From: a virus
IMG/VR virus record: IMGVR_UViG_3300044684_000278
Location: 64,001-128,000 of that record
Reading direction: 5' to 3' (one strand)
DNA length: 64,000 nt
A program made the translations under genes and the position numbers. Numbering within the stretch: the stretch's first letter is position 1; each line of letters begins with the position of its first letter. Below are positions 23,736-34,065 of this stretch, in pieces. The notes beneath the pieces are model-generated. The model was not told the DNA's origin and made no database searches. It saw only the letters and a list, made by a program, of their open reading frames with translations.

Positions 23736-23807
23736 AGCGGGGTAGAGCAGCGGTAGCTCGTGGGTCTCATAATCCCAAGGTCGTGAGTTCGAATCTCACC
23801 CCCGCTA
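23736..23807 (+). tRNA. tRNA-Met(CAU), initiator-like
   Basis: AGCGGGG/CCCCGCT acceptor, GAGC/GCTC D-stem (A11-U24), TGGGT-CTCATAA-TCCCA. Confidence 0.88.
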
Positions 23808-23832
23808 CACCAAACCAAGAACCAATGACGTA

Positions 23833-24195
23833 ATGGCCACTGTAAACCAAGTTGAGAAACGTGTGAAAATGAATACGTGGGAGATCATAAAATACCAGAT
23901 CCTGACCCACTGTTACTTAAATAAGATCCAGGTGAGTGATGCTGACCTGGAATGCCTGACCCTTCTGAGCGTGCTGGGAGAACAAGAGCTGACTACTTTC
24001 TGCACAGAAGTACACAACAGGAAGATCTTCCGGTCTCCCCAGACCGTGAGGAACGCTTTAAGTAAAGCAGAGAAGAAACATCTCATCGTAAAAGAGGGCC
24101 GCACCAAGAAACGGATCCATATCAACCCCCGTATCAGCGTGCAGACCGCAGGTAACATTATGTTGGACTATAAATTCCTGGCCCTTGCGTCCTAA
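23833..24195 (+). CDS. winged-HTH-like protein
   Basis: 120 aa, SPQTVRNALSKAEKKHLIVK helix-wing pattern. Confidence 0.65.
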   Translation: MATVNQVEKRVKMNTWEIIKYQILTHCYLNKIQVSDADLECLTLLSVLGEQELTTFCTEVHNRKIFRSPQTVRNALSKAEKKHLIVKEGRTKKRIHINPRISVQTAGNIMLDYKFLALAS

Positions 24196-24592
24196 GAAAG
24201 CTAAAGAGCTGCTGCCCCAGGTGGCGGAGGAACTGGGTCTCCCGGTCAAGATGGTGGAAGATATTCACAACCATTACTGGCGGGAAGTATGGGAGCAACT
24301 GACCTCCCCCAGGAGTATCAAGGTCCATGTAACCAACCTGGGTGATTTCAATACCAAGCACTGGTTGCTTGATAAAGAGATCCGCAAGCTGGAAGCATTC
24401 GGAGACCATACGAAACTCAAAGGGAACCAACGCTTTGCAGCGGGCATCCGGGTGAGTGAGAAACTTCAGATCCTCTACATGCTTAAAGAGATGGTGGAGG
24501 ATGAGAACCAGAGAAGAGAATTTATATACGAGCACAAGAGAGTCACCCATGAAGCTAAAGAAGAAGAACCTGATACAGATCTGGAAGAGTAA
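24185..24592 (+). CDS. HU/IHF-like DNA-binding protein (putative)
   Basis: ELLPQVAEELGLP..MVEDI..and VHVTNLGDF, typical of HU/IHF fold; TTG start. Confidence 0.55.
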   Translation: MRPKKAKELLPQVAEELGLPVKMVEDIHNHYWREVWEQLTSPRSIKVHVTNLGDFNTKHWLLDKEIRKLEAFGDHTKLKGNQRFAAGIRVSEKLQILYMLKEMVEDENQRREFIYEHKRVTHEAKEEEPDTDLEE

Positions 24593-24905
24593 AGGCCAGA
24601 TCCTGGAAGGCATCCGAAACTCTGTATTTAAGAATGAAGATGTGGAGGAGGTAGCCAGGCACCGGATGATCATCTGCAAATCCTGTCCCTTGTTTGACGA
24701 AAAGGGCGAAGGATGTATGGTACCGGGAACGCAGCCCTGCTGTAACGAACAGAAAGGTGGTTGCGGATGCTCTTTGAACTGGAAGACCAAGTCACTTTCC
24801 AGTGAGTGCCCCAAAGGACTCTGGAAGGCCCTGCTCACCCTGCAGGAAGAAGACTTACTCCAAGCATCCCTGAACCATGAAGCAAAAGATCGTAACAACC
24901 AATGA
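24549..24905 (+). CDS. Cys-rich (Zn-binding) protein
   Basis: Likely start MKLKKKN; R..ICKSCP, CC..GGCGCSL..KTK....CPKG.W. Confidence 0.7.
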   Translation: MKLKKKNLIQIWKSKGQILEGIRNSVFKNEDVEEVARHRMIICKSCPLFDEKGEGCMVPGTQPCCNEQKGGCGCSLNWKTKSLSSECPKGLWKALLTLQEEDLLQASLNHEAKDRNNQ

Positions 24906-25218
24906 AGATATTCAACTGTCTATTGTCCACCCAGTGTTTAAAACACTTCGGGTAAAGATGAAAGACGAAGAGGGCAATGTCCAGTATGCAGAGAAGGAGA
25001 AGCTTGTCAAGCAGCTGGCCGTAAGGAAATGGTTCAAGAAAGATGGGTTGACCTCTGTAGAGCAGTATGTGACCACCAACAACCGGATCGCCAAGAACCG
25101 CAGTGTGGTTTACGACAGATACAGCAACCGCTATTTTGCAACCTTCCACAGTCCTGATGAACTCTGGGGGTATATCAACGAAAAGAAACAGAAACCAATA
25201 GGATTTACAAGAGCATGA
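24877..25218 (+). CDS. hypothetical protein
   Basis: 113 aa coupled ORF. Confidence 0.7.
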   Translation: MKQKIVTTNEDIQLSIVHPVFKTLRVKMKDEEGNVQYAEKEKLVKQLAVRKWFKKDGLTSVEQYVTTNNRIAKNRSVVYDRYSNRYFATFHSPDELWGYINEKKQKPIGFTRA

Positions 25219-26066
25219 GCATCATATTCCGACCCGAAAACCACGAATACATCAGCCTGGATCCGGCTGAACACATTGACTGGATCTCTGTCACCAGCTT
25301 CATTGGCAACTTCAAGTTGCCCTTTGATGCCAAGGGGCAGGCAGCCAAGAGTGCCAGGAACAAAAAGTCCAAGTGGTATGGACTGACACAGGAAGAGATC
25401 CTCCAGGCGTGGAGCAACGAAAGCAAAAGAGCTACCGACCTGGGAACCTGGTACCACGATCAAAGGGAGCAGGACATCTGTGAGTTTGAGCATATGGAAA
25501 GGGAGGGCATTACAGTACCTGTATTTAAACCAGTCTACGAGAATGGTGTCAAATACGCCCCCGAACAGAAGCTTGAGAACGGGATCTACCCGGAACACCT
25601 GGTCTATTTGAAGTCCATGGGACTGATCGGGCAGAGTGACCTGGTAGAAGTGATTGACGGAAAAGTGAACATCACAGACTACAAGACCAATAAAGAGATC
25701 AAAGAGAAGGGATACACTTCCTGGGATGGAGTGGTTTCCAAGATGCAGGCACCGGTTAATCACCTGGATGACTGCAACTTAAATCACTACACCCTGCAGC
25801 TGAGTATCTACATGTACATGATCCTGAAGCATAACCCGAAGCTGAAAGCAGGTAAGCTGATCCTGCATCACATCATCTTTGAGGAAGTGGGACGTGATAA
25901 ATTTGATAACCCTATTGCCGCTCGTGACGTAAACGGGGATCCAATAGTCAAAGAGATCGTGCAGTACGAGATTCCTTATCTCAAACATGAGGTGATCTCC
26001 CTGATGAACTGGTTAAAAGAAAACAGACATAAAATAAAATCAAAAAAGAAAGAAGCAGTATGCTAA
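25215..26066 (+). CDS. PD-(D/E)XK (RecB/Cas4-like) nuclease
   Basis: ISVTSFI, GTWYH, PEHLV, GQSDLV, ITDYKT, HYTLQLSIY motifs. Confidence 0.85.
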   Translation: MSIIFRPENHEYISLDPAEHIDWISVTSFIGNFKLPFDAKGQAAKSARNKKSKWYGLTQEEILQAWSNESKRATDLGTWYHDQREQDICEFEHMEREGITVPVFKPVYENGVKYAPEQKLENGIYPEHLVYLKSMGLIGQSDLVEVIDGKVNITDYKTNKEIKEKGYTSWDGVVSKMQAPVNHLDDCNLNHYTLQLSIYMYMILKHNPKLKAGKLILHHIIFEEVGRDKFDNPIAARDVNGDPIVKEIVQYEIPYLKHEVISLMNWLKENRHKIKSKKKEAVC

Positions 26067-26281
26067 ACACAAGTACCACCAATGAGAACTACAATTCTGT
26101 TGCTTACGAACTAACTGCAGAAGAACCACAATCTGTCCTGGATATTCAGGGACCTAATGGAAGCATCTTCCGAATTGATGACAATGGAGACATCTACGTC
26201 CGTGGAAAACTCACTACCAATGATATGGAAGTGGTTGACGGGTTCAAGGATTTCCTCCGAGAAGTTAATGAAGCAGAATAA
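26060..26281 (+). CDS. hypothetical protein
   Basis: 73 aa coupled ORF. Confidence 0.6.
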   Translation: MLNTSTTNENYNSVAYELTAEEPQSVLDIQGPNGSIFRIDDNGDIYVRGKLTTNDMEVVDGFKDFLREVNEAE

Positions 26282-26284
26282 TCC

Positions 26285-26557
26285 ATGACTATGAAAGCCC
26301 TTATAGAAAATATAAAGAAGCGTTATATACAAAGATCAATCATTCGTATGGCAGACAAACATTTTTGGACTGCCTATGAATATGAGAAAGAAATTGCTTA
26401 TTATAATTCTGTAGGGGCTTATCATTTACTACGTGATGAGCTCCTGAGAAGGTATTATTTCCACTGCAGGTACTACAACCGCCTGATCAACTTAGCCAGC
26501 AAATATGGGAATCAAAGAATGGTTCAAAAGAAAACCAGAGATTTCAGCACCAACTGA
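26285..26557 (+). CDS. hypothetical protein
   Basis: 90 aa Tyr/Arg-rich ORF. Confidence 0.55.
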   Translation: MTMKALIENIKKRYIQRSIIRMADKHFWTAYEYEKEIAYYNSVGAYHLLRDELLRRYYFHCRYYNRLINLASKYGNQRMVQKKTRDFSTN

Positions 26558-26855
26558 TTTATTGGAAGGCCGCTCCTATACGGAGCTGGATCAGGTGAGG
26601 ATAGCCCTTTGGATCGCTCTTTGCAAATGTTTCAATCCCAGATTGGTCTGGAGAACAACTCAGGACCATGATGGATCTATTAGCCCAGGGTGGTTCATCC
26701 TGGGCTATAAATTTCACCCGGACCGGCAGATCCGGTTCTTTGTTCCCATTGAAGACTGGGACAAGACAAATTATGCCACTACCCGCAAGCGGGCACCTAA
26801 ACACAATGGTCTCACTCCTGCTGATAATATTCAGCGGATCCGTAACCTAAGCTAA
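26505..26855 (+). CDS. WDGH-domain-like phage protein (degenerate)
   Basis: W....HDG...GWFILG....QI......W....AP.HNGLT..D..RI pattern. Confidence 0.5.
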   Translation: MGIKEWFKRKPEISAPTDLLEGRSYTELDQVRIALWIALCKCFNPRLVWRTTQDHDGSISPGWFILGYKFHPDRQIRFFVPIEDWDKTNYATTRKRAPKHNGLTPADNIQRIRNLS

Positions 26856-26857
26856 CC

Positions 26858-27058
26858 ATGATGATCGTAGAAGAAGCTTTTGAGATTGGAGGTTTTGTCT
26901 ATCTCAAAACAGATCCCGAACAGTTAATCAGAGTTGTCACCGGTATCACCATCCGTCCTGGTGGCCTCTTAGAGTACAAAGTATCCAACGCAGATAACGA
27001 GACCACCCACTACGAGATTGAGCTCTCACTGGAGCCCAACATCCTTGCCAAGTGCTAA
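26858..27058 (+). CDS. small SH3-like hypothetical protein
   Basis: FEIGGFVYLKTDPEQ..RVVTGI motif. Confidence 0.7.
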   Translation: MMIVEEAFEIGGFVYLKTDPEQLIRVVTGITIRPGGLLEYKVSNADNETTHYEIELSLEPNILAKC

Positions 27059-27071
27059 CCATAGACTATAC

Positions 27072-27584
27072 ATGATCAGACTATTTGATGTACAGAACGG
27101 GAAAGTCATCCCCACTGAACACTGTTACACCCTATACTTTTTACGAAACATTATGAACGAATACCCGGAGGATTATCTCTCCATCTACCAGTATTTGTTC
27201 TATATGACCTGTCCCAACCCGGAGCTGAATCCCTTCTTTCATACCCCGGAATCAGATAAGGAGGAGCTCATCCTCCAGGAGGTGGGAGCAGAATTTTCCA
27301 CGGAAGACGAAACCATACAGCACGCCCTGGAAGTCACTGCCAAACTATACGAGACAGAGACCTCCCGTGCCTACTATGCCATGAAGAAAGCCCTGGACAA
27401 TATGTCCAGAGTGCTGGCCACAGAAGTGCCTACGTTTGGACGTGATGGTTCTGCAACAGATTTGCTTCGCATCATGGAAAAGTTTGATGCAGTCCGTCAG
27501 TCATTTAAGGGTGTATACAAGGATCTGCAGGAAGAACAGCAGACCAATGTCAGGGGGGGACAACGACTATCCTATGACAGTTGA
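27072..27584 (+). CDS. conserved protein upstream of TerL (small-terminase candidate)
   Basis: Likely start MIRLFDVQNG; helical; position immediately before TerL. Confidence 0.55.
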   Translation: MIRLFDVQNGKVIPTEHCYTLYFLRNIMNEYPEDYLSIYQYLFYMTCPNPELNPFFHTPESDKEELILQEVGAEFSTEDETIQHALEVTAKLYETETSRAYYAMKKALDNMSRVLATEVPTFGRDGSATDLLRIMEKFDAVRQSFKGVYKDLQEEQQTNVRGGQRLSYDS

Positions 27585-27607
27585 TACACCAAAGACCCTA
27601 ACCCTTA

Positions 27608-29839
27608 ATGACACCAAACCCAACAACCACCACACCCTACATTACTGTACCTGTTTACGACAATGACGTTAAGATCTGGACCTCAAGAGACTTTCAAACA
27701 AGAGAAGACTATACGGCCTTCGTTAAGAGCGTCTTTAAAGAACCTGGCCTCTATGAGTTTGATGAGACCTCTTTCCTCTTTAATGAGCAGGCCCGCTATT
27801 TTGAACAGCACGGGGTCTACCCAGGCAACCTCTCTCCCTTCAGAAGCAAGGACTTCATCAAGTACTGGGACGATCAGAAAGACAAGTGCAGAAAGGGCGT
27901 TATTTATCAGCATGGAGGAAAGACCTGGTACCTGACCAGGGACTACTACATGTGGCTGAACTTTCTTCCCATCTATGACAAGGAAGAAAAGAAGTTCGGC
28001 TTTGCCAAGGTCCGGGATGCACAGTACCACATGGCTCTTTACGAGCTGCTGGCGGAGCTGCACTACAAGCATTCCTGCATCCTTAAGAAACGTCAGATTG
28101 CCTCCTCTTATTTCCACATTGCCAAACTCCTCAACCAGTACTGGTTTGAGCAGGGTGCCGTCATGAAACTGGGTGCCAGCCTCAAAGATTATATCAATGA
28201 GAAGGGCTCCTGGAAGTTTCTGGACGAGTACCGTAACTTCCTCAACGAACATACGGCCTGGTACCGCCCTAATGAGCCCGACAAGGTCTTATCATGGCAA
28301 CAACGTATCAAAGTAAGGATCGGAGGCCGCGATACCTACAAGGGCTTAAAAAGCGTGTTTACGGGCATGTCCTTTGAGAAGGATGCCACTAATGGTGTAG
28401 GTGGTCCGGTAACCTACTTCTTCCATGAGGAAGCGGGTATCGCACCCAAGATGGACGAGACCTACGGGTATATGCGTCCTGCCATGAAATCCGGTATGAT
28501 TACTACCGGTATGTTCATAGCGGCAGGCTCCGTGGGTGATCTGGACCAGTGCGGTCCCTTGAAAAAATACATCCTGAACCCGGATGCCAACGATTTCTAT
28601 TCAGTAGAGACTGACCTACTGGATGATAAGGGCACGCTGGGCCGATCCGGGCTCTTTATTCCGGAGCAGTGGAGTATGCCTCCTTACATAGATGAATTTG
28701 GCAACAGCCTCGTTAAAGAGGCCCTGGATGCCCTGGATGCTTACTTTGCCCAATGCAAGCGTGATCTTGATCCTGCAGCCTACCAGCTGGAGCTCTCCCA
28801 GCACCCCCGCAACATTGCAGAAGCCTTTGCCTCCCGTAAGGAAGCCCTCTTCCCCATACACCTGGTGAGCCAGCAGCTCAGAAGGATCGAGGAGAAGCAA
28901 TACCCCTGTGAATACCTGGAGCTCTTTGAAACAGAGGGCGGGAAGATAGATGCCAGGGCTTCCCGAAAGATCCCCATCATGGAGTTCCCGATCTCTAAAA
29001 AGACGGAAGACAAAGAAGGCGTGATCTGTGTGTGGGAACGTCCCATGCAGAATGCTCCCTGGGGAACGTACTATGCTTCTGTGGATCCAGTGGGAGAAGG
29101 AAAGACCACAACCTCCGAGTCTCTCTGCTCCATCATCGTTTACAAGAATGCTATTGAAGTCACTAAAGATGAAGGCAACGGAAAAGTCTCCACCTACGTG
29201 GAAGGAGATAAAATAGTAGCCACCTGGTGCGGAAGGTTTGATGACTTAAAGAAAACCCATGAAAGATTGGAGTACATCATCCGCTGGTACAATGCCTGGA
29301 CCCTGGTGGAGAACAACGTCTCCCTGTTCATCCAGTACATGATCTCCAAGCGTATGCAACGCTTCCTGGTGCCCAAGGATCAGATCCTGTTCTTAAAGGA
29401 ACTGGGTTCCAACATGAACGTATACGCGGACTATGGCTGGAAGAATACTGGCACCATGTTCAAGAACCACCTGCTCTCTTATGGCATCCAGTTCATGGAA
29501 GAGGAGCTGGATCATGAATTTGACGAGAATGGAAAGATCCTGAGCACTGTCCGTGGTGTGGAAAGGATCCCTGATCCCATGATCCTCACGGAGGCCGGAG
29601 CCTACCATCACGGCCTCAACGTGGACCGCCTGGTATCCTACTGTTCCCTGGTAGCTTTTGTTCATATACAGCGGGCCAGCCGTGGTATGCAAAAACGTGT
29701 AGAAGTGACCCAGGATAAATTGGAGAATTCCTCTAAAATGAGTAAATTAAATATGAGCCCCTTCCGTCACATTGGAGGCTCTACCTCTACAAACAACAGC
29801 AGCTTTTTCAAGAGAAATCCCTTCAAGAATCTCCGCTAA
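27608..29839 (+). CDS. terL: terminase large subunit
   Basis: 743 aa; ILKKRQIASS (Walker A variant), FFHEEAG (Walker B), YYASVDPV nuclease motif, LVENN; precedes portal. Confidence 0.9.
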   Translation: MTPNPTTTTPYITVPVYDNDVKIWTSRDFQTREDYTAFVKSVFKEPGLYEFDETSFLFNEQARYFEQHGVYPGNLSPFRSKDFIKYWDDQKDKCRKGVIYQHGGKTWYLTRDYYMWLNFLPIYDKEEKKFGFAKVRDAQYHMALYELLAELHYKHSCILKKRQIASSYFHIAKLLNQYWFEQGAVMKLGASLKDYINEKGSWKFLDEYRNFLNEHTAWYRPNEPDKVLSWQQRIKVRIGGRDTYKGLKSVFTGMSFEKDATNGVGGPVTYFFHEEAGIAPKMDETYGYMRPAMKSGMITTGMFIAAGSVGDLDQCGPLKKYILNPDANDFYSVETDLLDDKGTLGRSGLFIPEQWSMPPYIDEFGNSLVKEALDALDAYFAQCKRDLDPAAYQLELSQHPRNIAEAFASRKEALFPIHLVSQQLRRIEEKQYPCEYLELFETEGGKIDARASRKIPIMEFPISKKTEDKEGVICVWERPMQNAPWGTYYASVDPVGEGKTTTSESLCSIIVYKNAIEVTKDEGNGKVSTYVEGDKIVATWCGRFDDLKKTHERLEYIIRWYNAWTLVENNVSLFIQYMISKRMQRFLVPKDQILFLKELGSNMNVYADYGWKNTGTMFKNHLLSYGIQFMEEELDHEFDENGKILSTVRGVERIPDPMILTEAGAYHHGLNVDRLVSYCSLVAFVHIQRASRGMQKRVEVTQDKLENSSKMSKLNMSPFRHIGGSTSTNNSSFFKRNPFKNLR

Positions 29840-29863
29840 GAAGCCACCCTATAGAAACGAACC

Positions 29864-32599
29864 ATGCAGATATACAATGCCCTTGATTTAAAAAAGGGAG
29901 CCAAGACTGAGCTTAAAAGAATGGGTACCCTCACCCAGCCCGTACAGTTCCTGCCCCAGAAGGATAAGGATATTGAATGGAGTTCCTGGAATATGGACTG
30001 GCTGGAGTTCCAGGGAATGAAGCAGCTGAGGCGTAATGCCAAACGGCTAATGAAGAACTACAAGCTGGCCAAAGGTATTATTGATAAGTCCGACTACATC
30101 GTAGAGGATGACAATGAATACGGGGAGATGATTGACATTCTCACCAAAGAAGATGAATCTGCCCTGGAGCTGAAGTTCTACCCCATCATCCCCAATGTGA
30201 TCAACGTATTATGCACAGAGTTCTCCAAACGGGTCAGCAAGATCCAGTTCCGTGCCGTGGATGACATCTCCTACAATGAGATGCTGGAAGAGAAGCGGGC
30301 CATGATCGAGCAGACGCTGCTTGCGGAAGCAGAGCAGAAGATGCGGATCAAGCTCATGAACATGGGCCTGGCCGAAGACTCTGAGCAGGGCAAGCAGATG
30401 ATGGACCCACAGAACCTCAAGTCCCTTCCGGAGATCGAGCAGTTCTTCCAGAAAGACTACAGGTCTCTGCAGGAAGAGTGGGCTACCCACCAGTTTAAAA
30501 TAGACGAGCAGCGTTTCAAGATGCAGGAGCTGGAAGAGCGCGGCTTCAGGGACATGCTGATCACAGACCGTGAGTTCTGGCATTTCCAGATGTATGAGGA
30601 TGACTATGAAGTGGAGCTGTGGAACCCACTGCTTACCTTCTATCACAAGTCTCCTGATGTACGCTACGTATCCAATGGGAACTACGTGGGCAAGATGGAT
30701 ATGATGTCCATCCCAGATGTGATTGACAAATATGGCTGGATGATGACCCAGGACCAGTTAGAGTCCCTGGAGGCCATCTACCCGGTACGATCTGCCGGTT
30801 ATAACATGCCGGGTGTGCAGAATGATGGCAGCTTCTATGATGCTACCCGTTCCCACGAATGGAACACCCAGATGCCATCCCTGGGCATGAGGCAGTTCAC
30901 TTCCATGTATGACAATGCCATGCCTAACGGGGACATCGTCAACTGGATCCTGGGAGAGAGTGAAGACCTCTTTGACCACGGTAACTCCTGGCTTTTAAGG
31001 GTCACCACCGTATACTGGAAAAGCCAGCGTAAGGTGGGCCACCTGACCAAGATCACCGAAGACGGCCAGCTGATCCAGGACATTGTCACTGAGGATTACA
31101 AGGTGACCGACAAGCCTGTGTACAACACGGCTGTTTATAAAACAAAGACAAAAGACAACCTCATATTTGGGGAACACATAGACTGGATCTGGATCAACGA
31201 GGTATGGGGCGGGGTCAAGATCGGCCCTAACCGTCCGGCCTACTGGGGCACCAGCAATCCTGGGGGGATCAACCCGATCTACCTGGGCCTGAAAGGTGGC
31301 CAGCCAGGAAGACTTCCTTTCCAGTTCAAGGGGGACGATAACCTTTACGGATGCAAGCTTCCGGTTGAAGGTGCTGTCTTCTCTGACCGCAACACCAAAT
31401 CTGTCGCTCTGGTAGATACCATGAAGCCGTATCAGATTGCCTATAACGTAGTAAATAATCAGATTGCTGACATACTCGTGGATGAACTGGGTACCGTGAT
31501 CCTTTTGGATCAGAATGCCCTTCCACGCCACTCTCTGGGAGAAGACTGGGGCAAGAACAACCTGGCCAAGGCTTATGTAGCCATGAAGAATTTCCAGATG
31601 CTGCCACTGGATACAACCATTACAAACACGGAAAATGCCCTCAACTTTCAACACTATAGTGTCCTCAACCTGGAACAGACTCAGAGGCTTATGTCTCGTG
31701 TTCAGCTTGCAACTTATTTTAAGAACCAGGCGTTTGAAGTCATCGGGATCAACCCACAAAGAATGGGGCAGCAGATCTCTCAGGAGACAGCAACAGGTGT
31801 GGAACAAGCCCTGAATGCCAGCTATGCCCAGACAGAGATTTACTTTACCCAGCACAGTGACTATTTGATGCCAAGGGTCCACCAGATGCGGACCGACCTG
31901 GCCCAGTACTACCACTCTACCAAGCCTTCCATAAGGCTGCAGTATATCACCTCCAATGATGAGAAGGTGAACTTCCAGATCAACGGGACCAAGCTCCTGA
32001 TGAGGGACTTCAACATCTTCTGTACGACCAATGTCAATGCCCGTGCCATCATGGAGCAGATGAAGCAGCTCGTGCTGAATAATAATACCATGGGTGCTTC
32101 TGTGTATGACCTGGGCAATGTGATCAAGGCAGACTCTGTGGCGGAACTGACCTCAGTACTGAAAGCAGCAGAACAGAAAGCCAATGCCATCCGCCAGGAG
32201 CAGCAGCAGCATGAACAACAGATGCAGCAACAACAACTCCAGAGCCAGGAGCAGCAGAAACAAATGCAGCTGCAATGGGATGCGGACCAGGCAGACAAGA
32301 ACCGCCAGAAGGACATCATGGTGGCCGAGATCCGCGCAGCCGGTATGGGTGCAGGCGTAGACCTGAATAACAATGCCCAGAATGACTACATGGATGCCCT
32401 CCAGCAGATAGAAGCCTCCAGGCAGTATCAGGATACCATGGACTTTAAACGCCAGCAGGAATCCAACAAGCTGATCCAGGCTGATCAGAAGAACCAATTG
32501 GAACGGGAAAAGCTTCAGGCCCAGAGGGAACGTGACCGCACAGCCCTGGAAGTGGCCCGAACCAATAAGAACAAGTTTGACAAACCCAAAGGGAAGTAA
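29864..32599 (+). CDS. portal protein (crAss-like)
   Basis: 911 aa, YPIIPNVINVL, LPVEG, Q-rich helical C-terminal barrel; TerL-portal-scaffold-MCP synteny. Confidence 0.88.
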   Translation: MQIYNALDLKKGAKTELKRMGTLTQPVQFLPQKDKDIEWSSWNMDWLEFQGMKQLRRNAKRLMKNYKLAKGIIDKSDYIVEDDNEYGEMIDILTKEDESALELKFYPIIPNVINVLCTEFSKRVSKIQFRAVDDISYNEMLEEKRAMIEQTLLAEAEQKMRIKLMNMGLAEDSEQGKQMMDPQNLKSLPEIEQFFQKDYRSLQEEWATHQFKIDEQRFKMQELEERGFRDMLITDREFWHFQMYEDDYEVELWNPLLTFYHKSPDVRYVSNGNYVGKMDMMSIPDVIDKYGWMMTQDQLESLEAIYPVRSAGYNMPGVQNDGSFYDATRSHEWNTQMPSLGMRQFTSMYDNAMPNGDIVNWILGESEDLFDHGNSWLLRVTTVYWKSQRKVGHLTKITEDGQLIQDIVTEDYKVTDKPVYNTAVYKTKTKDNLIFGEHIDWIWINEVWGGVKIGPNRPAYWGTSNPGGINPIYLGLKGGQPGRLPFQFKGDDNLYGCKLPVEGAVFSDRNTKSVALVDTMKPYQIAYNVVNNQIADILVDELGTVILLDQNALPRHSLGEDWGKNNLAKAYVAMKNFQMLPLDTTITNTENALNFQHYSVLNLEQTQRLMSRVQLATYFKNQAFEVIGINPQRMGQQISQETATGVEQALNASYAQTEIYFTQHSDYLMPRVHQMRTDLAQYYHSTKPSIRLQYITSNDEKVNFQINGTKLLMRDFNIFCTTNVNARAIMEQMKQLVLNNNTMGASVYDLGNVIKADSVAELTSVLKAAEQKANAIRQEQQQHEQQMQQQQLQSQEQQKQMQLQWDADQADKNRQKDIMVAEIRAAGMGAGVDLNNNAQNDYMDALQQIEASRQYQDTMDFKRQQESNKLIQADQKNQLEREKLQAQRERDRTALEVARTNKNKFDKPKGK

Positions 32600-32733
32600 A
32601 ACATATTATAGCCATATGATCCGCCCCTCAGCTCTACAAGATGCCATAATTCTACAAGTACCCTAAATTTTTAGAGTTTAAAATAGTATATTCTATTGTA
32701 GAGATACACAAAGAGACCAACAACCAACACCCT

Positions 32734-34023
32734 ATGCCAGACGTAACCACTAATGTTAAACAGGTTGATGTAGACCTGGATAATATAGACTCATGGTTAG
32801 GTGCTCCCGGATCTGACAACATCCTAACTCCAACCAGTGAAGATAAAACAAAGCCAGCCGAGGCAGCTAAACCAAACTTTTTCTCTAACAAGCCGGTTGA
32901 TCTCGGATTCATTGATAATGAAGATGAAGACCAGCCAGAACCTGTTAAGGACCCAGAGAACCAGAATCCACCAGCAGATGCTCCTCCTGTAAAGGTTGAT
33001 GACATCCTGAATGAGCTGGAGACAGCTGAGAATGACGAGGATCCGGAGAAGAAAAAACCAGGAAGGCCTAAGACTGAAAAGAACGGCCTGATTGAGTTCT
33101 TTAAAAAGCGGATTGAATCCAAGGAGATGTTTGCCTTTGATGATTATGATGAGGAAAAACAGTCCCTTGATGAATACTTAGGCTCTTTGTCTGAGAAGGA
33201 TCTGGACGAGCTGTACACAGCCAACATCACCCAGATCAAGGAAGACATTGCCAGTCAGACCCCAAAGGAATTCTTTGAATCCCTTCCACAGGAGCTGCAG
33301 TACGCTGCCAAGTATGTGGCTGACGGAGGTCAGGACCTTAAAGGTCTCTTCCAGGCCCTTGCTCATGTGGAGCAGACCAGGGAATTGGACCCTTCCAATG
33401 ACGGTGACCAGGAGTCCATCGTAAGAAATTACCTGCAGGCTACCAAGTTCGGTACACCGGAGGAGATTGACGAAGAGATTGTTACCTGGAAAGACCTGGG
33501 AGTGCTGGGTAAGAAAGCAGGCCAGTTCAAACCGAAACTGGACAAGATGCAGGAAGAGATCGTGGCCCAGAAGCTTGCCGAGCAGGAAAAGCAGAAGCAG
33601 CAGCAACAACAGGCCGTGAAAGAATACATGGACAATGTATTTGAAGCCCTCCGCCCAGGAGAGATCAATGGTCTGAAGCTGGATAAGAACACACAGGCAA
33701 AACTGTATTCCGGTTTAACCCAGGCACAGTATCCATCTATGAGTGGCCGTCCTACCAACCTGTTGGGACACTTACTGGAAAAGCACCAGTTCGTAGAGCC
33801 TAACTACCAGCTGATCGCTGAAGCCCTGTGGCTGCTCTCTGATCCGGATGACTACCGGAAGAGCCTTGCCAAGACAGGACAGAACCAGGCAGCTGCAGAC
33901 ATTTCCCGCAAGCTGAAAACAGAACAGCAGCGTAAACAGCCCTCTACCAACACACTGGAAGATCAGGAGGAAAACAAGACCCGCAGGATCCCACGTCAGA
34001 ACAACAGCTTTTTTAAAAGATAA
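32734..34023 (+). CDS. putative scaffold protein
   Basis: acidic disordered N-terminus, helical body, between portal and MCP. Confidence 0.65.
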   Translation: MPDVTTNVKQVDVDLDNIDSWLGAPGSDNILTPTSEDKTKPAEAAKPNFFSNKPVDLGFIDNEDEDQPEPVKDPENQNPPADAPPVKVDDILNELETAENDEDPEKKKPGRPKTEKNGLIEFFKKRIESKEMFAFDDYDEEKQSLDEYLGSLSEKDLDELYTANITQIKEDIASQTPKEFFESLPQELQYAAKYVADGGQDLKGLFQALAHVEQTRELDPSNDGDQESIVRNYLQATKFGTPEEIDEEIVTWKDLGVLGKKAGQFKPKLDKMQEEIVAQKLAEQEKQKQQQQQAVKEYMDNVFEALRPGEINGLKLDKNTQAKLYSGLTQAQYPSMSGRPTNLLGHLLEKHQFVEPNYQLIAEALWLLSDPDDYRKSLAKTGQNQAAADISRKLKTEQQRKQPSTNTLEDQEENKTRRIPRQNNSFFKR

Positions 34024-34065
34024 TAACCCAAGAACCCTTAACCCTATTAAACAACCCTAAACCCT

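Noticed and set aside
25215-26066. Cas4 as part of a CRISPR system
   Set aside because: No Fe-S Cys cluster, cas neighbours or array; ordinary phage PD-(D/E)XK nuclease.
32190-32280. CAG/CAA-rich tract in portal as a simple repeat or phase-variation locus
   Set aside because: Mixed codons encoding the usual Gln-rich portal barrel.
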